Assembly: GCA_000004985.1 (NCBI GenBank)
Contig: GG738913.1
Length of the DNA: 64,000 nt
Reading direction: 5' to 3' (one strand)
Origin: Naegleria gruberi
Taxonomy: Eukaryota
Below are positions 37,429 to 49,492 of the stretch, in pieces (the first letter of the stretch is position 1; each line of letters starts with the position of its first letter). Below the pieces are notes generated by a model, which ran no database searches, was not told where the DNA came from, and was given only the letters and a program-made list of their open reading frames with translations. Position numbers and translations under genes: made by a program.

Positions 37429-39337
37429 ATGCAAAAATTCAACGCCGGCGTTCTGTTGATGACCCTAATGGTCGCCATCAGCATGCTCCTGTTATTAACG
37501 AGCCAATCAGTGAGAGCCGATTTGCCAGTCCATTGCTTGTATAATTCCACAGCTCCTGGAGTTTGGGAATTTGAATTGACTGATCAAAACATGAGTGGAG
37601 ATGATGTTGCTGCCAAGTGCGATATTCGTGCTCCAATTCAAGCAACCCGTACAATGAAAGTCTATTTGCAAATGCCAGATATTGCCATTGATGAGAAGGG
37701 AAATACTGGATTCTTTACTTTGGTTTATGATCAAGGCTTTGAAGTTGTTGTTGGTGGAAATAAGTATTGGGCCTTTTTTAATTATACAACTGCTGGAAAG
37801 GGTATGTTTTTATTAATATTCAATGATAACAATAACAAAATTAATATCATCATTTTCATTAATTAATTAATCATGATGATGAAATTTAATAATTAATTTT
37901 ATGATGATGCAAATAATTTTGATTGGATGCGGAATGTGGTATGATGGATAATTAAATATCTAATGATTTTTTGCATGATTTTTGTGCAATGCAATGATGT
38001 TGATGTGGTGAATATGAACATACAGACTCTCAAGGAAATGACATTATCATTTCAAACTGTGATCGTACTTTCACTGGTTGGTATCATGAAGCTAAGGTCA
38101 AGGCCAAGTCTTGGGGATGTTACAGAGCCAGAAGACTCTCATTGCTCCAAGGATCTACTGCTACTCCAAATAAGTTTACTCATACTGTTGCTCCTAGACC
38201 AAACTATAAGGGAATGGTTTTCAAGAATGACATGTCTTTGATTAATGATTTGAATGCTTTGCATGCTAAGGGAGAAATCTCATGGAAGGCCAAGCCAATG
38301 CAAGAATGGGAAAATCAACCACTTGAAACTGTTGTTCCAAAATTCGGTCAAAGAAGTGAATCTTTCAGATTGAAGCAACGTAGAGAACATACCAAGTTTA
38401 TGAGAGCTAAATTCGGTGAACAAGCCAACAAGAAGGTCTTGCTCGAATTGAGAAGTGAAGATTTCAGCAAGGCTGCTGGTAACTTGACTTTCCATCATTT
38501 GAGAGATATTGCTGCTAAGGGTTTCGTTTCCATTCCAAAAGCTTTTGACTGGAGAAATGTCAATGGTCAAGACTTTGTTTCACCAATTAGATCCCAAGGT
38601 CAATGCGGATCTTGCTACAGGTAAGTTTAGTTTTTGAGAATTTGTTGAAATTTAACGAATTACTTGAACAGTTTTTCAACAACTGCCATGATGGAAGCCA
38701 GAAAGAGAGTTTTCACTCAAAACAAGGAACAACCAGTTTACAGTCCAGAAAATATCATTTCATGCTCTTTCTACTCTCAAGGATGTGATGGTGGTTTTGC
38801 CTATCTCAGTAAGTAATATTATTTAATATTTCGGTTTGATTAATCAAAAATATAGTTTCCAAATGGGGTGAAGACTTTGGAATTATCGCTGAGCAATGTG
38901 ATCCATACACTGGAACTCCACACAAGTGCAATCTCAATCAAGCTTGTTCAACCAGACAATACTGGACCAATTATAGATATACTGGTGGTTATTATGGTGC
39001 TGTCACTGTTGAAAATATGCAATTGGATGTCTTAAAGTATGGTCCACTTTCTGTCTCTATGGAAGTTTACAATGATCTCTTCAATTATCACAGTGGTATT
39101 TATAGACATGTTTCATCATCAAAGCTTACTTCTCCAGTTCCAAATCCATTCGAACTCACTAACCATGTTGTTTTGATTGTTGGTTGGGGTGAAAATGAAA
39201 AGGGCGAAAAATATTGGATTGTCAAGAACAGTTGGGGAACATCATTTGGAATGGATGGTTATTTCTTGATTGCTAGAGGTGTTGATGAATGTGCTATTGA
39301 ATCTGAAAATGCTTCTGCTATTCCAACTCAACCATAA
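37429..39337 (+). CDS. Cathepsin C (dipeptidyl peptidase I), a papain-family cysteine protease with an N-terminal exclusion domain. Four exons.
   Basis: Exons are 37429..37801, 38026..38620, 38672..38808 and 38856..39337. Introns are 224, 51 and 47 nt (GTATGT..CAG, GTAAGT..CAG, GTAAGT..TAG) and are phase-consistent. The exclusion domain (CLYNSTAPGVWEFELTD...FFNY...NCDRTFTGWYHE) aligns with human CTSC DTPANCTYLDLLGTWVFQV...FFKY...YCNETMTGWVHD. The catalytic region is [35 protein letters not shown]...QGCDGGFAYL...HVVLIVGWG...YWIVKNSWGTSFGMDGYF. Confidence 0.75.
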
Positions 39338-39745
39338 ATTGATCATTTGGAATAAACAATTTAAATTTTTGAATCATATATTGGATTAAGGAAAATCAAC
39401 TATCTTTGTAATTCTTTCAAGCGATAAAAAGTTGTGGAAGTGAAAGTGGCTTCGATCCACTGCCTCAGAATCAACAAATGCAGGTGTTCTTTTGTGTTCT
39501 CCCTGACTGAACTATTCACCTCCAACCATCTCTGTAATTTTCTCTCCATGTGAACTTGCATGTACAAGAAAAAACTTCACATTGTGGTTCTCAAATTTTT
39601 AATAATTCATATAAACAGTTAACACAAAATTGTTAATTTTTCCACATTGCCACTCCTAACCGAAATGATAAGGTATATTCTCCATCAAATTTTCTTTAAT
39701 TTAACCGATTACACATTTTGCATCCTCATCAAATAATCAAAAAAT

Positions 39746-39795
39746 NNNNNNNNNNNNNNNNNNNNNNNNNNNNNNNNNNNNNNNNNNNNNNNNNN
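39746..39795. other. Assembly gap, one of seven N-runs: 39746-39795, 42290-42339, 57445-57619, 60059-60108, 61092-61141, 62170-62219 and 63343-64000.
   Basis: Runs of n in the sequence. Six of them are exactly 50 nt, which is the scaffolder default. Confidence 1.
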
Positions 39796-39797
39796 TG

Positions 39798-41283
39798 GAA
39801 GCAAGTAGTAGAATTGGAGGAAGAGTTTGTTCCGATGCCGAGAGAGGAATTGAAATTGGAGGTATGTTCATGATGAAATTGTCCCATATTTAAATATTTA
39901 AATATTCGTGTGGGAAATATTTAAATATTCATGTGAAAATTATGAAAATTATAATGTCAAATAATGTGTGAAATTGAATTGATGAAAAAATTCCATGACA
40001 GGTGAATTTGTTCATGGAGAAGGAAGCATGTTGTGGGATGTGATGGTGAATCAATTGAAAGTTCCACTCAAATTTACTCATGATCTTTCAAAGGAAACTC
40101 CAAAGGAATGTGGATTGGGAATGTTGATTGGTAGGTTTTCTTCCAAATGAGTTTAGGATGACATCTATTCGTATAATACTAATAATTATTCAAAACAGAT
40201 GGTAAAATTGTTGAAATGGATAGTCCAATATTCCAAAAGGTTTTGGAAATTCTTGGACAATTGACTGCTGATGATGAATTAAAATCATCTAAGGATATGA
40301 CTTTGAAGGAATGGCTCATTTGGAGAGATGTTCCACAACAATATCACTTGTTGATTGATTCAATTCTTGCTCAAACCAATTCAAGCTGTCTCCATACTCA
40401 CAGTGCTAAGGGAGCTCAAGAAGAAGATTTGAATGGTGAATCCAATCCTCAAATTGGTTACGGAAATTATCACATTCAAGGAAAGAATACTATGGAACAT
40501 TCATTAATTCCATACTTGACCAAAAATATCAAGAAGAATCAAATCAAATTGAATTATATTGTTCAATCCATTGATTACAGTTCTAAATTAATCAAAATTA
40601 ATGGAGGAGAAATTACCTGTGATAAGATTATTCTCACAGTTCCATTGACCACATTGAGAAATCGTTTGATTCAATTCACCCCTGAATTGTCACCATTGAG
40701 AAAACACTTGATTCAAAATCAATTCCACATGCACGGAGGTTGCAAGATTATTCTCGGTTTTAAGAAACCATTCTGGAAGGATCAAATTCCAAATGTGAAT
40801 GTTGTCTGTGTGGGAGATCAAGATCCACTCATTTCTCAATTCTGGTTCTCATCCACATCAAAGGAACAAACTGAAAAATATGGACATATCATTACTGGTT
40901 TCTCAATGAGTAATAGAGCTGATAATGGACTGATTTTGGGAGAGGAAGAAATCAAGGATCACTTTAGAAAATTCATTCAAAAGACCTTTGATTTAAATGA
41001 TAAAAATGATGGATTCATTGGTGGAAAGATTCGTAATTGGCAAGATGTTCAACACGTTGCAGGCGCCTATTCATTTGCCTACACAAGTGACTCATCGAGA
41101 AGAAACTATATTAAAAATCCAAGAGTTCTCCTCTCTCAACCAATTGATTCCAAGCTTTACTTTGCCGGAGAATTATACTGTGCTCACTCTCCTGCCACTA
41201 TTCACGGAGCTATGGAAACTGGAAGAGATGCTGCTTTGAGATTGATTAATGAAAGTTCTCCTCAAAGAGTTAGCAAACTTTAA
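39798..41283 (+). CDS. Flavin-containing amine oxidase family protein. The 5' end is lost in the 39746..39795 gap. At least three exons.
   Basis: Exons are 39798..39861 (EASSRIGGRVCSDAERGIEIGG, the amine-oxidase RIGGRV motif), 40002..40130 (GEFVHGEGSMLWDVM...) and 40199..41283. Introns are 39862..40001 and 40131..40198 (GTATGT..CAG, GTAGGT..CAG). The C-terminus YFAGELYCAHSPATIHGAMETGRDAALRL is the FAD-binding terminal motif. Confidence 0.55.
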
Positions 41284-41369
41284 ATTAAACACAATTTTCA
41301 AAATCAAAAACCTTAACCATTATTCTTCTTAATACTATTAACAGATTACAACATACTGGTGAGAAAAAA

Positions 41370-42650
41370 ATGCAACATTGGTTAGTTGGTGATTTGATAT
41401 CTGTGATTGCTCCATTCCTCTCCGTCCGAGAGAGGATAATCTTTACTAGAATCAACAGGACATGGTATCATACAATTCACATGTTGCAAAATATGTGGAA
41501 GGATGTTTATTGCAATTTATATCAATTTGATAGGACTGTTGATCCTTTTCCAATAGATGATGACTGTGATGATGAAATGGACAATGAAAATACGGATTGG
41601 TTCAAAAAGCTATGCACTTGTTTCAACAAGTTCCCTAAAAAGATTAAAATTGAAATCAAAATGGAAAACTCGGAACAAATAATATCATCCAAAAAGTTTG
41701 ATTCTACATGTTATGGAAATATAAATCTAATATTTCCATGGAGTTTGGACATTCTAGAGGGTAAAATTGAAAGATATCAAATGGCATTACAAGATGGCCA
41801 AGAAGCTGATCTCTGTGTATTCCAAGAATGTTCCACCTATTTCCAATTCAATTTTAATTTGAGAGAATACTATGATGATATCAGATCTATTCATGGTGCC
41901 CAGGCAGCACGTTCCAAGCTAAAGAGCATTTACACTTGTTGTTTGTTCTATGAAATTATGAGTTTGGGACATTATGTTCCCAATCTCTTTCAAGATCAAG
42001 CAAGAATACATCCTTGCTCACTTTCTTCAGAGAATAGCACTCGAGTACCACTTGCTACTCTACTATTTGCCACTCTCAATGATTGCTATCCTTGGGAGGA
42101 TCTAGAGGATTTAGATTACTGTAATATTTCTCCAAACTTTGATGGTCCTGCTTGTTTGTGGTTATCGAGTGATAAATTCATGGAAATTATAGAGTCAATC
42201 TATTTCGACTTTGAGGAGAAGGAATTTAATCAATTAGAGAAGGAAACATTCAAGGCATTTGGTAGAATTGATGGTCAAAGTCCGTCTTTNNNNNNNNNNN
42301 NNNNNNNNNNNNNNNNNNNNNNNNNNNNNNNNNNNNNNNCATTGGTTAGTTGGTGATTTGATATCTGTGATTACTCCATTCCTCTCCGTCCGAGAGAGGA
42401 TAATCTGTACTAGAATCAACAGGAATTTAATCAATTAGAGAAGGAAACATTCAAGGCATTTGGTAGAATTGATGGTCAAAGTCCGTTCTTTTACTTTGAT
42501 GCCGGAGGAGTAATTGAAGAGGTTATACACAATGTAAGCTTTGAAATTGTTCAGCCTCAATCTGCTTCTTCTTTATTGGATGCCATCGATGAGGAGGGAA
42601 AGAAGAGCATTGTGAAGGTAACGAGGCAGGAAGCAAGAAGTTTTTTTTGA
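41370..42650 (+). CDS. Hypothetical Cys-rich protein spanning the 42290..42339 gap.
   Basis: The 328-aa ORF runs into the N-gap. The same frame resumes after it (EFNQLEKETFKAFGRIDGQSPFFYFDAGGVIEEV...). Sequence on both sides of the gap duplicates nearby text: 42340-42415 repeats 41386-41455 and 42421-42485 repeats 42225-42288. Local assembly is unreliable. Confidence 0.3.
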
Positions 42651-43043
42651 ATGGAAATTAATAATTGGCGCGGTATGAAATTAACGACAAAACTAGCCGT
42701 TACATTTTTAAAATATTAAATTTTTTAAATTTTTAGAACAAGAAGCGGAAAAGAAGGACGACAATTAACTGCGCTTTCTAGTAAAGAAGTAAAATGTGTG
42801 AAATTATATTGTTACTAGTAGGAGTCAATTTCGTTTCATTCCGAGGAGCTTGATATTTATTTTCCAACAAGAAAAAACTAACCAGACACTTCTTTCCCAT
42901 TCAAGCTTACTTTCACCTCATACAATTTCATCATGATTCCTTAGCCTTTGATTACCATCATCATCATCATGATCAATTAGATTACGATAATCTTTACAGC
43001 TGACTATGATGATGGAAAAGATGAAAAAGACAAACAACAAAAA

Positions 43044-44513
43044 ATGACCATAGATTCGACTTGGTCCCAACTCGTTGATATGTTGATCAAGGATTATTAT
43101 TCAACATCATCATACGGAACATTTTCATCTATACTACACAACAGTGTTGGTGGTCAGAATCATCATACGGATCAAAATATAGAAGAATATGCATCGACAA
43201 GAACTTCATGGTTATTATCATCACTATTTGGAAGTTTGTCTTTTGATACCAATAATAATAATTATGTAAATTATAATAATGATGGAGAAATGTATAATAA
43301 TAATGGTGGATATTCTATTTTACAATCAGTGTCGAATACTACAGCTACACAGACAGTCTCAGCTATTTTGGATCATTTTCCTCCGTGGATGTGTCTTGTT
43401 ACCTTTACTTTGATTGTTGTCTTTTTCATTATTTGTTGCATACAAACCTATAGGATGAGTAGAAGGAAGGGAGGATCATTCGTATTGGGTAGAATTTCAC
43501 TCAAGAATATTAAGAGAATTCTCTTTTGTTGTTGTTACGATTCACAATCACAAGTTTTATCGTGGAATATTCCTCTTCAATTTTCCTTTCAATTTCTCAT
43601 TACTTTTGGGATTAGGACATTACATGCCTTCTTTTTGCAATACTTTTTCGAGAGTACTTATGAACATACTTGTTTCCAATATCTTGACAGTACTACTGGA
43701 AGATTGAGAAGAACTTGTCCATTGATTAATGTTGTGGACTCGGCAACTTCTATCATGATTAAATCAACTTACATTTTGTTGGCATTGTTTTGGGCAGAGT
43801 TGGCCTATAATGCCTCCTTCTATTACAAACCAACAAATTGTAAGAGAATGGAAAGAATTACTAGAAGACTATATTGGGCATTCATTGGATTGTACTATTT
43901 CTGTGTGAGTTGTGGATTTATTGGATTGACATTGACTAGAACTAATCCTTCCTATTTCCTTGTAGCTATTATTCTTGTATTTGATATTAGTATTCCAATA
44001 TTATTTATTGCATTCACATTTATATTGAGAGGACTTACACACAAAGTTTCTCTTCCTGTAATTATATCAAGACACTTGAAGAGAGTGTCAATTATCAGTT
44101 TAATATTGGGATTGTATCTTGGAATATTGCCAATTGTGAGAATTATTAACATGGTATTGAAGAATTTTGTTTATGCTTCAAGTGGATACAATGCTACATC
44201 CTCCATTTTGGAAGTTATCATACAGGCACTCTTCCTCTACTTGCCATCTATTGTAATTTTTGGAATTGTTGTCGCTCCAACAAGTATCAGTTTCCTTCAT
44301 GCAAATGTTGTTGATAGAAATATTAAGGCCAATAATTGGAAATCCAAATGGAAAGCCAAACAAGCTCTAACAAGAGGAGAGGATGGATTCTACACGAGTA
44401 ATGAAAATGATTATATCAGAACAGGACTCGATGGTGTAACGTTGGGTAATTTCGATTACAAGGAAATTAGTTTGGAAGAAGATTCACGAGCTGTTATTGG
44501 TGGTGAATACTAA
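43044..44513 (+). CDS. Seven-TM membrane protein of 489 aa, GPCR-like topology, family unknown.
   Basis: Seven well-spaced hydrophobic helices after an N/Y-rich N-terminal region of about 110 aa. No motif recognised. Confidence 0.4.
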   Translation: MTIDSTWSQLVDMLIKDYYSTSSYGTFSSILHNSVGGQNHHTDQNIEEYASTRTSWLLSSLFGSLSFDTNNNNYVNYNNDGEMYNNNGGYSILQSVSNTTATQTVSAILDHFPPWMCLVTFTLIVVFFIICCIQTYRMSRRKGGSFVLGRISLKNIKRILFCCCYDSQSQVLSWNIPLQFSFQFLITFGIRTLHAFFLQYFFESTYEHTCFQYLDSTTGRLRRTCPLINVVDSATSIMIKSTYILLALFWAELAYNASFYYKPTNCKRMERITRRLYWAFIGLYYFCVSCGFIGLTLTRTNPSYFLVAIILVFDISIPILFIAFTFILRGLTHKVSLPVIISRHLKRVSIISLILGLYLGILPIVRIINMVLKNFVYASSGYNATSSILEVIIQALFLYLPSIVIFGIVVAPTSISFLHANVVDRNIKANNWKSKWKAKQALTRGEDGFYTSNENDYIRTGLDGVTLGNFDYKEISLEEDSRAVIGGEY

Positions 44514-44931
44514 AGGTAATGAACATCATTAAGGAAAATATCATTGAAACATGCGCCGACCTCGCTCATTAAACAACATGAATATTATCCAAATCTAATC
44601 TCTTCGAAACTATTCTATTGGTTTCATCGACTGTCAATATTCTTTTTTTCTAAAACTAAACCTGTCTAAACCGTATGACTACCTATCAATGGTGGACAAT
44701 ATTTCCAATGAGAGGCCTTCACGTCCAGATTAGGATAGAATTAATACCAACCAAGTTGACTAACAAACAAAAAAGAATCAAAGAAAAATTCATCACACCC
44801 AAAGCAGAGTATCGTCATGACCAAGTCTAATCATCACCAACACATTGAAAATCACACAACAAGGCTTCCACTCACTGCCTTGTTATTTCCCACTACACCT
44901 CTGCAGACACTTTCTATTCTAAACATACCTA

Positions 44932-47253
44932 ATGTCAATAACAACACAACATTTCGAAAATTTTAACAATAACAACCACTCCTCACAAACCAATGTGCAA
45001 AACACTGCTTCTAGTACCTCAACAAGTGGCAGCAGTCCAAGAAATAACTCTCACAGAATTAATAGACAATCATTAGAATCTAGATGGAGACTCCGAGAAC
45101 GTTCTAGAAGATATTCAGTTGCCTTGTCAACTAATAGTGGTGGAAGTGCTAGTCCTCCATCAACTTCAACAACTTCAACCTCTGCAGCCAATAATAATAA
45201 CAATTCGAATAATGATTCGTTTGTTTCTTCTCAAAGTTTTGGATCCAATGAAGAAACACAGCCACAACAGCAACAACAATCAACACCAAGCTCTAGAAGT
45301 TCCTCACTCTTTGATGCTTCCCAAATTCAGAAAAACATTAAAAAGAGAGGCAGTAGTTTGGGAGCTAATTTCATTTCTGGTCGAGATAACAAGACGAATA
45401 GTGTTGATGGAGTGGTTTTTAATGGAACTCAGAGAGATACCTCTCTGTCACTTGCAGTAATGGATTCCTCATTGGCTAATGGTCCAGTTTCAATGACCTA
45501 TGGTTCTGTTGATGCATTGAGAAATAGATTTTTGGACTTTGTGAAATCTTGTGGAAGCCAATCAAAACATTTGAAGAATCCACAATTGGATGAAGAGTTT
45601 GAGGTTAAATTATTGTTTATGGACTATTTCTATGATGGAAGTACTAGAAAACCATCAAAATTATTGAAAGATGTGCCAACTGTTTTGACCTTGTTGGATG
45701 TTTACTGTCATCATTTGGTTTTTCATTTTGATGATTGGCATTCACTTCCAGAAAGTGAAGATGAATATCCATATTTCAAACATATTGTGGAAACAGTCAT
45801 TCCTGATAAGGAAAAGTTCAAATGGATGAATCATTCGAGATTTGAACAATTTTTAATTGAAAAGTATCAAGATGCCATCTCTAAGGATTATCCACCACTT
45901 CGTTCTGATGAGATTTTGTTGAATCAACAAGAAACCAAGGAGAAGGAATCATCTTTTTCAACTACTACTGAGCAAACCAACAATTCATTGGATAATCTCC
46001 ATGCTAGACCAACCATTAGTTTATTACCTGAAAATTCTTATCAGGAAACTGAGGAATTGAGAAGAGACAGTGTTGCCAGTGATGATTCAAGCACTTCTGA
46101 TAGTAATGTAGTCATTACTGAGAATAGTTCCAACCCAATTCCAAAACCAACGCACAGAGTTGGTGTTTTGGAGGAAATTCACATGTTATGCGACATGTTC
46201 TTCTATGAATTGGAAGATTTATTTGTTCTCTATCAAGAAAAGAATCAAAACTATGTTCACAAATGGGTTCAACTTGGTTTAAAGAATGGATCGATTCCAA
46301 CCTATGTCATTGAAGTGTACCGTAAGAAATTGGAATATAACGAGAGTACGCAATCTCAATTCACAGTTGATGCCAGTGATTTTGTTTCACAACATGTCAT
46401 TGATAAGGATTGGAAGTTTTTGAGATATATGTGTAAGGAATATTCACCAGATTGGTATTGCTCTTACAAGGATATTGGAAATGTTGTGCAGTGGACCACT
46501 AAGAGAGATTACACAACCGATAATTTGAAATTGAGAAACTCCAAAATTGTTGGTTATATTAATTTGCCAATGGAGGATGTTGTGAAATCCTTCTCATTTG
46601 ATCATCATTTTTCATATGCCTTTGAGAATATTGAATTCCACAATTATCATCCAATCAATGCTAGTAATTCATTGCACAAGTATCCCTCTGCAACAGTTTC
46701 GGGTACATTCAATTTAAGTTCAGTCTTCTCAAAGAGAAGTATAGAGCAAGTTATTTCATGTAGATCAGTATTTGTGGGTAACGAATTGACTGAACACATG
46801 ATATTGTTCAAATCATGTGATTTATCACCAAACGAAAGTAGTAACTCCAAGAAGGGAAAGGTTAAATTCATGGGTCTTCGTCTCGTTTCTAAAATTGATA
46901 ATAACAGAACTAGATATTGTGAATTGAGGTCGGGAAATCTTGGGGGTGTTTTGAATTCTTCCCTAATTATTAACAATCCAATAATTAATAAGAAAGTTGT
47001 AAAAGGAGTTCATGGAGGATTAATTAATGTATTGAAACTTTTGAAGAATAATGGATTTCCATTCCCAGATGAGAAGGAGAATCACGTAGCTCGTGTTTGG
47101 ATTGATTATTGTAAACAGTATTGCAATGTTGATGTGAAATCTCTGTATGGACAATCAGCAGTAAGAACCATTGATTTATCACATAGCAAGACCAAGTACA
47201 GCAATGATGATTCCTCTTCCTCAACAACAGAAACAACATCATCCAATAAATAA
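44932..47253 (+). CDS. Member A (773 aa) of a three-gene tandem paralog family of unknown function. It has an extra Ser/Asn/Gln-rich N-terminal extension.
   Basis: The C-terminal ~500 aa align with 47677..49275 and 49493..51127. Shared motifs include YVHKWVQ vs YCKKWMQ/YCKKWLQ, ILFKSC vs FLYKSCNSDT/ILYKSCNSDT, and the C-terminal WIDYCKQYCNVD vs WRTFCEYCREYFKVD/WRTFCDYCREHYKID. Confidence 0.45.
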   Translation: MSITTQHFENFNNNNHSSQTNVQNTASSTSTSGSSPRNNSHRINRQSLESRWRLRERSRRYSVALSTNSGGSASPPSTSTTSTSAANNNNNSNNDSFVSSQSFGSNEETQPQQQQQSTPSSRSSSLFDASQIQKNIKKRGSSLGANFISGRDNKTNSVDGVVFNGTQRDTSLSLAVMDSSLANGPVSMTYGSVDALRNRFLDFVKSCGSQSKHLKNPQLDEEFEVKLLFMDYFYDGSTRKPSKLLKDVPTVLTLLDVYCHHLVFHFDDWHSLPESEDEYPYFKHIVETVIPDKEKFKWMNHSRFEQFLIEKYQDAISKDYPPLRSDEILLNQQETKEKESSFSTTTEQTNNSLDNLHARPTISLLPENSYQETEELRRDSVASDDSSTSDSNVVITENSSNPIPKPTHRVGVLEEIHMLCDMFFYELEDLFVLYQEKNQNYVHKWVQLGLKNGSIPTYVIEVYRKKLEYNESTQSQFTVDASDFVSQHVIDKDWKFLRYMCKEYSPDWYCSYKDIGNVVQWTTKRDYTTDNLKLRNSKIVGYINLPMEDVVKSFSFDHHFSYAFENIEFHNYHPINASNSLHKYPSATVSGTFNLSSVFSKRSIEQVISCRSVFVGNELTEHMILFKSCDLSPNESSNSKKGKVKFMGLRLVSKIDNNRTRYCELRSGNLGGVLNSSLIINNPIINKKVVKGVHGGLINVLKLLKNNGFPFPDEKENHVARVWIDYCKQYCNVDVKSLYGQSAVRTIDLSHSKTKYSNDDSSSSTTETTSSNK

Positions 47254-47372
47254 TCGTATAATTAACTATAATATTATTAGTCATTGCCAATATATAGTAC
47301 GCTGTAGCAATAAACGAGACAAATGTGATCACGTAATTTCGTTTTATTCGACTTGATAGATAAAATAGTGTA

Positions 47373-47443
47373 GGGGCGGTGGTGTAATGGTAACATCGCA
47401 GCCTCCAAAGCTGTGGCCGGGGGTTCGATTCCCCCTCGCCCCC
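47373..47443 (+). tRNA. tRNA-Trp (anticodon CCA).
   Basis: Cloverleaf folded by hand. Acceptor GGGGCGG/TCGCCCC. D-arm GTGT-AATGGTA-ACAT. Anticodon stem GCAGC/GCTGT with loop CTCCAAA (anticodon CCA at 47405-47407). 4-nt variable loop. T-arm GGGGG-TTCGATT-CCCCC. Discriminator C. Confidence 0.85.
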
Positions 47444-47676
47444 TACATTTTGCTTTTTTCTTTTTAAAATTATTCTATTAAGCTTTTCTCGTACTCTTAA
47501 TTTTCAATTCCAATTGTCACTCTTCAAACTTGAAAAATTAGCAAATTATTTCAAAAATATTTTTCAAAATTTTATCTTTAAAACCAAAAAGTAATGAATC
47601 ATCTCCAACATCTCCAAATATCAACAAACATGTAACGCAAGAACAATATCTCTCCCATCAACACTTATCTTTTTTT

Positions 47677-49275
47677 ATGACAGCAACCGCTATGACAGCT
47701 GCTGACCTACAAAAATCCAAAAAAATGTCATTTAGAAACAAGACGAATCCGCCTAAAGTATGCAAATGTCTTCCTAAAATTCCATTCGAAGTGTTGATTG
47801 GTTGTTTTCAAGAGAGTGAAAGGGTTTCGTTTCAAAGTGCTTCAAGTTTTTATTCGAATGCTTTTGGTCAAGGAAGACGAAACACCTTTTCTGGAAAGAG
47901 TTGTCTGTATCGAACTGTAGACTTACGAACAAAATTTGAAGAATATCTTTACGATAACTTGCCAATATTCGACAGTGAAGTCATTTGTCAAAAATTACAA
48001 TTTCTTGACATTTTCTGTGAGTCAATGAAAATCAAAGGAAAACCTCTCTATCACATTAGAGATGTCTTTTCACTTTGCAATACTTATCTTTATGAACTCA
48101 TTAAGGGTATTGAACAAGATGGTTCTGTCATTATCCACAACAATAGTTTGGAATATTCCTTCCTTAAACAGTTTAGTTGTGTTGTGAGTGAGAATGAAGA
48201 GTTGTTGCCAGTTTTTTCCAGTCATGAATATTTGAAGAGTTGGTTTAGTAAGAAACAGAAAGAATTGTTGGAATGGAAAGTGGACGAAACTTTTCAGCAC
48301 ACAACTGAGGAATATCAAGATGATCAACTTGGCATTTTGATCACCATGTTTGTCAATCAAATGCATGGACATTTCTTATATTTCCAAGAAAAGAATTCCA
48401 AATATTGCAAAAAATGGATGCAAGAAAACATTACAGAGCTACCGAAACATTTATTCGAATGTCTAAAAAGTGCTGCAGAAAAAACACAAAAATACAGAGA
48501 TCATCTTGCCTACAGCCACAACGATGGCTTTTCCATTCCCAAAATTATCGATGCAGATTTTGAGATTATCCACCACTTGTCGAATCTCAGAAGTTCCAGT
48601 TGGAAAATGCTTTCCATCAGCAAACTCAATGAAATTCTTTCATTTTCATCAACGGAGAATTTCACATCTTGTCCAAAAGGAAAAATTCACAAATTTGTAT
48701 ATTATGAACCTTACAATATTCTCCAGTTGACCAAAGCAATGTTATCATACAAATATGATCGTCCTTCTGAATTTTACAAACTTGGTGAGTGTCAAGAATA
48801 TCAAAAACTAGATGTCAATAATTCTTCCAAAAAGTATTCGACAGTTGTCATGCCTGTCAGTTTACAACTCAACTCTATCCTGCCAAAACGTCAAACCACA
48901 TCAATCTTTGCCACCAAAGCAAAATTCATCAATACTGAACTAGTCGAAACTACTTTCCTTTACAAATCATGCAATTCAGATACCAAGAATCCATACCTCA
49001 CACTTGGTGGATTTATCCTACAAAAAGACGATACGAATCGAACAAGAATAATCGATTCGAAAATGTATCATTTTGGAGGAATTTTACAAACTGATTTTGC
49101 GTTGAGTTTATTTGTGGCAAAATCAAGGAAAGAGTTGAAACCGAGGGTTGAGTGGATGATGGAGAAGGTGAGGGAGAAAGGTTTCGTATTGGATGAAGAG
49201 AAGGAATTGGTGTGGAGAACGTTTTGTGAATATTGTAGAGAATATTTTAAGGTGGATCCGAATGAATTGGAATAA
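47677..49275 (+). CDS. Member B (532 aa) of the tandem paralog family.
   Basis: About 45-50% identity to 49493..51127 across the full length: ...KYCKKWMQENITELPKHLFECLK / KYCKKWLQDNLPILPKHLFEDLK; TLGGFILQKDDTNRTRIIDSKMYHFGGILQTDF / TVGGFIIQKDDVDRCRIIDLKMFNMGGFLQSDF. Confidence 0.5.
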   Translation: MTATAMTAADLQKSKKMSFRNKTNPPKVCKCLPKIPFEVLIGCFQESERVSFQSASSFYSNAFGQGRRNTFSGKSCLYRTVDLRTKFEEYLYDNLPIFDSEVICQKLQFLDIFCESMKIKGKPLYHIRDVFSLCNTYLYELIKGIEQDGSVIIHNNSLEYSFLKQFSCVVSENEELLPVFSSHEYLKSWFSKKQKELLEWKVDETFQHTTEEYQDDQLGILITMFVNQMHGHFLYFQEKNSKYCKKWMQENITELPKHLFECLKSAAEKTQKYRDHLAYSHNDGFSIPKIIDADFEIIHHLSNLRSSSWKMLSISKLNEILSFSSTENFTSCPKGKIHKFVYYEPYNILQLTKAMLSYKYDRPSEFYKLGECQEYQKLDVNNSSKKYSTVVMPVSLQLNSILPKRQTTSIFATKAKFINTELVETTFLYKSCNSDTKNPYLTLGGFILQKDDTNRTRIIDSKMYHFGGILQTDFALSLFVAKSRKELKPRVEWMMEKVREKGFVLDEEKELVWRTFCEYCREYFKVDPNELE

Positions 49276-49492
49276 AGTTGTTGTTTCGAATAAGTTTAGG
49301 TTCCGGAAATTTGGTTTCGGATTAAAAGTTGATTGTAAATTATTTGGTGATTGTAAACTAATTAACTTTCAACATTATTTGTTTCTTATTAATATTGTCG
49401 TTTCCCGAACTAATGTTCAAGATTTTGAAGTTTAGTTTGTTTGGGCAATTCATGTCTTTTAAGAAATTTGATATTTCACGAAAGTTGACACG

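Noticed and set aside
37963-38241. ORF 37963..38241 and the TTG 'start' at 38142
   Set aside because: 37963..38241 lies mostly in intron 1 of the cathepsin C gene, in the wrong frame. 38142 is an internal Leu of exon 2. The real exon begins at 38026 after a CAG acceptor.
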